Of a stretch of 64,000 nt of DNA, positions 59,570 through 64,000 are shown one piece after another. This stretch comes from an uncultured Thermoleophilia bacterium. GTDB lineage: Bacteria > Actinomycetota > Thermoleophilia > RBG-16-64-13. The stretch covers positions 24,754-88,753 of the forward strand of contig CAVVNF010000012.1 in the NCBI GenBank assembly GCA_963749535.1, read 5' to 3'. A program made the translations under genes and the position numbers. How positions within the stretch are numbered: position 1 is the stretch's first letter; every line of letters starts with the position of its first letter. The notes under the pieces are model-generated. The model saw only the letters and a list, made by a program, of their open reading frames with translations, did not search any database and had not been told where the DNA came from.

Positions 59570-59940
59570 GAGCCGAGGCTGTCTCTAAGCACAGAGGGGG
59601 CATGTGGGCTTGGCTCTTCCAGCGCGTCACGGCCGTGCTGCTGATCGTGATGCTGGCCATCCACCTGACCGTCACCCACCTCTACAACATCGGGAAGATC
59701 GACTACGACACCATCGGCGCCCGGGTGGCCCACGCCGGCTTCACGGCCGTGGACATCATTCTATTGGGGGCCGGTATCTTTCATGCCCTTAACGGCCTGC
59801 GCATGGTGCTCATGGACTACTGGTTCACCTCGCGTGACCGGGCCCGCATCCTGACCATCGTGTTCTGGGTGATCGGGATCGTGGCTCTGGCATACGGGAT
59901 CTGGGCGCTCTGGCCCTGGATCGGCTATCAGGTGAGGTGA
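59566..59940 (+). CDS. sdhD: Succinate dehydrogenase hydrophobic membrane anchor subunit
   Basis: 124 aa, three TM helices, WLFQRVTAVLLIVMLAIHL...GIFHALNGLRMVLMDY. It overlaps the sdhC stop. Confidence 0.75.
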   Translation: MRAEAVSKHRGGMWAWLFQRVTAVLLIVMLAIHLTVTHLYNIGKIDYDTIGARVAHAGFTAVDIILLGAGIFHALNGLRMVLMDYWFTSRDRARILTIVFWVIGIVALAYGIWALWPWIGYQVR

Positions 59941-59947
59941 GCAAACC

Positions 59948-61657
59948 ATGATCTATCACGAAATGATCGTTGTAGGGGGAGGCCTGTCCGGCCTCCGCGC
60001 CGCTATCGAAGCCAAGAAAGCCGGCCTCGACGTGGCGATACTCTCGCAGGTGCACCCGGCGCGCAGCCACTCCGGGGCGGCCCAGGGCGGCATCAACGCC
60101 GCGCTGGCCAACGACCCGGCCGGCGCCGACGACACCTGGGAAAAGCACGCGTTCGACACCACCAAGGGCGGCGACTACCTGGGCGACCAGGACGCCATCG
60201 TGCAGATGACCAAGGATGCCATCGGCTGTATCTTCGAGATGGACCACTGGGGCTGCCCCTTCAGCCGGTATGACGACGGGCGCATCGCCCAGCGGCCGTT
60301 CGGCGGGGCGGGCTACCCGCGGTGCTGCTACGGCGCCGACAAGACCGGCCATTATCTGCTGCAGACCCTGGTAGAGCAGGCCTATCGGCATCAGGTGAAG
60401 TTCTACACAGACCAGTACGTGGCCCGGCTGATCGTGCACGAGGGCGTCTGCGAGGGCGTGGTCGCGTACGACATGGTCCGCGGCGGTTTCGAGGCCTTTA
60501 GCGGCAACGCCGTAGTGATCGCCACCGGCGGCGCCGGTCGCACGTACATCAACTCCACCAACGCCGTGATCAACACAGGCGGCGGGATGGCCATGGCCTA
60601 CCATGCCGGGGTCCCGCTCAAAGACATGGAGTTCATCCAGTTCCATCCCACCGGGCTTTTCTCGACGAACATCCTCATGACGGAAGGCGCCCGAGGCGAA
60701 GGCGGCTACCTCATCAACGACTCGGGCGAGCGCTTCATGGAGCGTTACGCGCCCAAGTTCATGGAGTTGGCGCCACGCGACATCACCGCCCGCTCAATCC
60801 AGACCGAGATCAACGAAGGCCGGGGCATCGGTGGCAAGGGCTATGTCTACCTCGACCTGCGCCACCTGGGGGCGGAGAAGATCCTGGAACGCCTGCCCGG
60901 CATCCGCGACCTGGCCATCCACTTCGAAGGCGTCGACCCCATCGAGGAGCCGATCCCGGTGGTGCCCAGCCAGCACTACACCATGGGCGGTATCGACACC
61001 AACGTCGACGGGGCCACGCCCATGCCGGGCCTGTACGCCGCCGGGGAATGTGCCTGCGTGTCTGTGCACGGAGCCAACCGGCTGGGCGGAAACTCACTGC
61101 TGGAGACCATCGTCTTCGGCCGCCGTGCCGGTGCGGAAGCCGCGCGGTATCTGTCTTTGCTCGGCGCAAAACGTACGAGCGCCCGCACCGCGGATAGCGT
61201 GGTCCTCGCCATGGAAAACAAGGTCAAGGAACTCGGCGAGCGGAAGGGCAGCGAAGACGCCTACGCCATCCGCGCCGAGATGACGTCCATCATGAAGGAG
61301 CACTTCGGCGTCTTCCGCGATGGTCCCACCATGGAGCCGGGGTACGAGAAGCTCGTCTCTCTCAAGGACCGCCTGGCGAGAGCCGGCCTTCGCTACACCG
61401 GCAGCGTGTTCAACCTGGACATGATCCGGACGGTCGAGCTGGAAGGCATGCTCGACGTCGCACTTGCGATCGGCGCCGGCGCCGTGGCGCGCACGGAGTC
61501 GCGCGGCGCTCACTTCCGCACGGACTACAACACCCGCGACGACGTGAACTGGCTCAAACATACCTTGGCGTACTATCAGCCCGGTGTGGCCGGCCCACGG
61601 CTCGATTCGAAGCCCGTGCAACTCGGCCACTTCGAGCCACAGGAGCGGAAGTACTGA
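59948..61657 (+). CDS. sdhA: Succinate dehydrogenase/fumarate reductase flavoprotein subunit
   Basis: VVGGGLSGLRAAIEA, the covalent-FAD His region RSHSGAAQGGINAAL, HPTG, and the active-site region ARGEGGYL...RESRGAHFR-type ESRGAHFRTDY. Confidence 0.93.
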   Translation: MIYHEMIVVGGGLSGLRAAIEAKKAGLDVAILSQVHPARSHSGAAQGGINAALANDPAGADDTWEKHAFDTTKGGDYLGDQDAIVQMTKDAIGCIFEMDHWGCPFSRYDDGRIAQRPFGGAGYPRCCYGADKTGHYLLQTLVEQAYRHQVKFYTDQYVARLIVHEGVCEGVVAYDMVRGGFEAFSGNAVVIATGGAGRTYINSTNAVINTGGGMAMAYHAGVPLKDMEFIQFHPTGLFSTNILMTEGARGEGGYLINDSGERFMERYAPKFMELAPRDITARSIQTEINEGRGIGGKGYVYLDLRHLGAEKILERLPGIRDLAIHFEGVDPIEEPIPVVPSQHYTMGGIDTNVDGATPMPGLYAAGECACVSVHGANRLGGNSLLETIVFGRRAGAEAARYLSLLGAKRTSARTADSVVLAMENKVKELGERKGSEDAYAIRAEMTSIMKEHFGVFRDGPTMEPGYEKLVSLKDRLARAGLRYTGSVFNLDMIRTVELEGMLDVALAIGAGAVARTESRGAHFRTDYNTRDDVNWLKHTLAYYQPGVAGPRLDSKPVQLGHFEPQERKY

Positions 61658-62376
61658 TGCCAGACCTAAAGATCCGCATAAAGCGTCAAGATCCCGGCAA
61701 GGGTTCGGAGCCCCGCTGGGACGAGTTCACCGTTCCCTTCGAGGGCGCCTTCACGGTGCTCGAGGCGCTCTTCTACATCCAGGAGCATCTCGACGGCAGC
61801 CTCTCCTTCCGGTATTGCTGCCGGGCGTCGGTGTGCGGCAGTTGCGCGTGTTACATCAACGGTGCCTACCGCCTCGCCTGCCAGACCAACGTGAACCATC
61901 TGAAACCCGGCGTGGTGACAGTGGAACCGTTGCCACACCTCACGGTCTATAAAGATCTTGTCGTCGATCTGGACGATTTCTTTGCTAAGTACGAGTACAT
62001 AAAACCCTGGCTTATCCTGAAATCGCCGGAACCCGAGAGAGAGATCCTACAGTCGCCCAAGGACCGCAAGAAGTTGGATATGCCCACCGACTGCATCTTG
62101 TGCGGCTGCTGCTACTCGAGCTGTCCCTCGGTGTGGGGCGAGGAAAACTACCTGGGCCCGGCCGCGCTGCTGAAGGCCCACCGGTTCGAGGTTGATTCCC
62201 GGGACGAAGCCCGGAAAGACAGGCTGCCGCTCTTCGACAACGAGCGCGGGGTCTATCGTTGCCATACCATAATGAATTGCGTGGAAGCCTGCCCGAAGGA
62301 ACTCAACCCCACGGAGGGCATCCAGTGGCTCAAACGGGCCGCCGTGCGTCGCCGGCTCTGGGGAAGACTCAAGTAG
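61657..62376 (+). CDS. sdhB: Succinate dehydrogenase/fumarate reductase iron-sulfur subunit
   Basis: 2Fe-2S cluster CCRASVCGSCACYING...AC, and 4Fe-4S/3Fe-4S clusters CILCGCCYSSCP and CHTIMNCVEACP. Confidence 0.92.
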   Translation: MPDLKIRIKRQDPGKGSEPRWDEFTVPFEGAFTVLEALFYIQEHLDGSLSFRYCCRASVCGSCACYINGAYRLACQTNVNHLKPGVVTVEPLPHLTVYKDLVVDLDDFFAKYEYIKPWLILKSPEPEREILQSPKDRKKLDMPTDCILCGCCYSSCPSVWGEENYLGPAALLKAHRFEVDSRDEARKDRLPLFDNERGVYRCHTIMNCVEACPKELNPTEGIQWLKRAAVRRRLWGRLK

Positions 62377-62592
62377 GAAACCGCCGCCGGGCCGCGAACT
62401 ATCTGCGGCCGACGACGGTGATACCAAGGGAGCGTCGAGGCTGGGTTCCGCCGGGCGAACATTGGGCCCGCGCGCGATGCCGGCCTCCGCTCCCTTGTTT
62501 AGGACCTCCAGGGCGCGTCTGATCTCAGTGACCCGGGCTCCCGCGGTTCTTGGGGATGAGAGTGCGTCAGCCAAAAAAGCGAGGACAAAAGC

Positions 62593-62778
62593 ATGCCCCT
62601 GATTATCGTCAAGATGCTCACCGGCAGGACGGCCGAGCAGAAGCGGGCATTGGCCGAAGAGATCACCGAAGTGGTGGTCCGCGTTGCGAAAACCACGCCG
62701 GACCAAGTGGACGTGGTCATCGAGGAGCACGAACCAGGCAACTGGGCGAAAGCGGGCGTGCTCTTTTCGGACAAGTAG
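62593..62778 (+). CDS. 4-oxalocrotonate tautomerase family enzyme
   Basis: 61 aa. Catalytic Pro1 context MPLIIVKMLTGRTAEQKRALAEEITEVV. Confidence 0.8.
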   Translation: MPLIIVKMLTGRTAEQKRALAEEITEVVVRVAKTTPDQVDVVIEEHEPGNWAKAGVLFSDK

Positions 62779-62855
62779 CCGGTCGCTGCGTCTGGCGCAG
62801 TCCGGTTCGGCGCGAAGAGTGTCGCGCCCGCGGGCGACGCCCCGCGTCCTGTGCG

Positions 62856-64000
62856 TTAGCTTGCGCGCACCCGCGGCACGGTGATGCTCGACTCGAGCAG
62901 GAACAGCACCTTCGCGCCCGGTCCTTTCTTGAGCAGCGCGGCGTCGACGGCTGCTTGCACACTCGTGAAGGGCAGGAAGAAAATCGAGCGCATCCGCTCC
63001 GGGGACAGCGAGCTCACGATCCAGATGTCGCCCTGCTGAAGCACGCGTGCGATGCCCGTGGCCTGCTGCAACCCCAGCTTGTACTCGCTACGGGTGGCGT
63101 CTTCCAGCACTTGGTCGGGCGAGTCGGCGGCCGCTAGGAGATCGACGAGAGTGGTGTTGTCGCCCAGACCATGCGGGCACTCAGAGACCACGATAAGGAT
63201 GCCGCCGGGTTTCAGAGCGAGGGCCCCACTGCGGATGGCCTTGTTTGTCTGGTATAGGTTGCAGTCCATGGGGTGCGGAGCGACGCTCACCACGATGTCG
63301 TAGGCCTCATCCAACTCGAGTACGAACTGCCGGTCCGCGACGGCGACCGCTTTACGGAAGCTATCTTCGAGCGCGCCGCCGGCGGCGAATCCGATGCCGT
63401 GGTCCTCGTCCAGCACCAGCTGAATCGAGTAGAGGTGCTTGTCACGGGCGACGAGGCGCGTCGCCTCGTCCAGGTCCTCGTGGACGGGGTTGCCTTCCAG
63501 TATCAGCGTGTCGGAGCCGTCGTGCAGCGAGTGCATGTGGTTGAACTTGACCGTGTCGTAGCCGGCAAGACCCGGAAACAGCGACTTGCGGCCACCGGTG
63601 TACCCGGCGAAGTAGTGCGGCTCCACGGAGTTGATGGAGATGACACTGCGGGCCTCGGCCAGCAGCCGGTTCACCCAGAGTTGATTGCCTCGCGAGGTCT
63701 CGCCGGCGAAGACGAGGCTGTCGCGGTCTTTGCAATCGTGCGAGAAGATCCGGTCGGCGTGCTTCTCGGCCACCTCTTCGCCGAAGATGGTGACCAACTC
63801 CTGGGGACTCGCCACCCGGTGCGTCCCCGTGGCGACCACGAAGGCCAGCTCACGGCCGCGCGCCTGCGGCGCGCCGGCCCCGGGGTTGGGGCCCGTGGCC
63901 GCACTCTCGTCCGCGCCGGAGCCGGAGCCGGCGCCCGGGTCGGCGTTCGCACCGTCCTCTCCGCCGGCCAGCCAGCGTTCGAGGTCGCCGGCGATGAGTC
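62856..64000 (-). CDS. larA: LarA-family nickel-dependent racemase/epimerase (DUF2088), partial; the 5' end lies beyond the right edge
   Basis: VATGTHRVASPQEL, NSVEPHYFAGYTGGRKSLFPG, HPMDCNLYQTNKAI and GILIVVSECPHGLG. The frame stays open to position 64000 through a Gly/Ala/Ser/Pro-rich insert (...GGEDGANADPGAGSGSGADESAATGPNPGAGAP...). Confidence 0.8.
   Translation of the reverse strand, partial: LIAGDLERWLAGGEDGANADPGAGSGSGADESAATGPNPGAGAPQARGRELAFVVATGTHRVASPQELVTIFGEEVAEKHADRIFSHDCKDRDSLVFAGETSRGNQLWVNRLLAEARSVISINSVEPHYFAGYTGGRKSLFPGLAGYDTVKFNHMHSLHDGSDTLILEGNPVHEDLDEATRLVARDKHLYSIQLVLDEDHGIGFAAGGALEDSFRKAVAVADRQFVLELDEAYDIVVSVAPHPMDCNLYQTNKAIRSGALALKPGGILIVVSECPHGLGDNTTLVDLLAAADSPDQVLEDATRSEYKLGLQQATGIARVLQQGDIWIVSSLSPERMRSIFFLPFTSVQAAVDAALLKKGPGAKVLFLLESSITVPRVRAS

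Noticed and set aside
62047-62730. 227-aa minus-strand ORF spanning the sdhB 3' end and the 4-OT gene
   Set aside because: It is antisense to two well-supported plus-strand genes and has no recognisable motifs.

Overview
GC-rich bacterial chromosome segment (GC judged by eye, not computed) centred on the replication origin. The minus strand carries dnaA-dnaN-yaaA(S4)-recF-DUF721(dciA-like)-gyrB-gyrA. The plus strand carries rpmH-rnpA-yidD-yidC-jag-mnmE-(MnmG-like paralogue)-mnmG-rsmG-parA-parB. DnaA-box clusters lie on both sides of dnaA, which suggests a bipartite oriC. An unusual GHKL-ATPase/wHTH gene sits between the upstream box cluster and dnaA. Flanking regions are mostly housekeeping: wecB, larB, ddl, tldD/pmbA, an orphan tRNA-Ile/tRNA-Ala pair, chorismate mutase, a degenerate CbiA-like protein, cytochrome c, cobO and rlmN. 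Further along are a DUF62 gene, a GT4/GH57/GH57 alpha-glucan cluster, trpB2, trpS, an MFS pump, two-subunit class I fumarase, sdhCDAB, a 4-OT tautomerase and larA. I saw no CRISPR array, transposase, integrase or recognisable defence system. The dominant technical feature is at least 16 apparent single-base frameshifts, several in essential genes (dnaA, gyrA, gyrB, parA). This points to indel errors in the assembly rather than biology, although the glucan cluster is unusually dense in them. All homology calls come from motif recognition by eye, not from searches.
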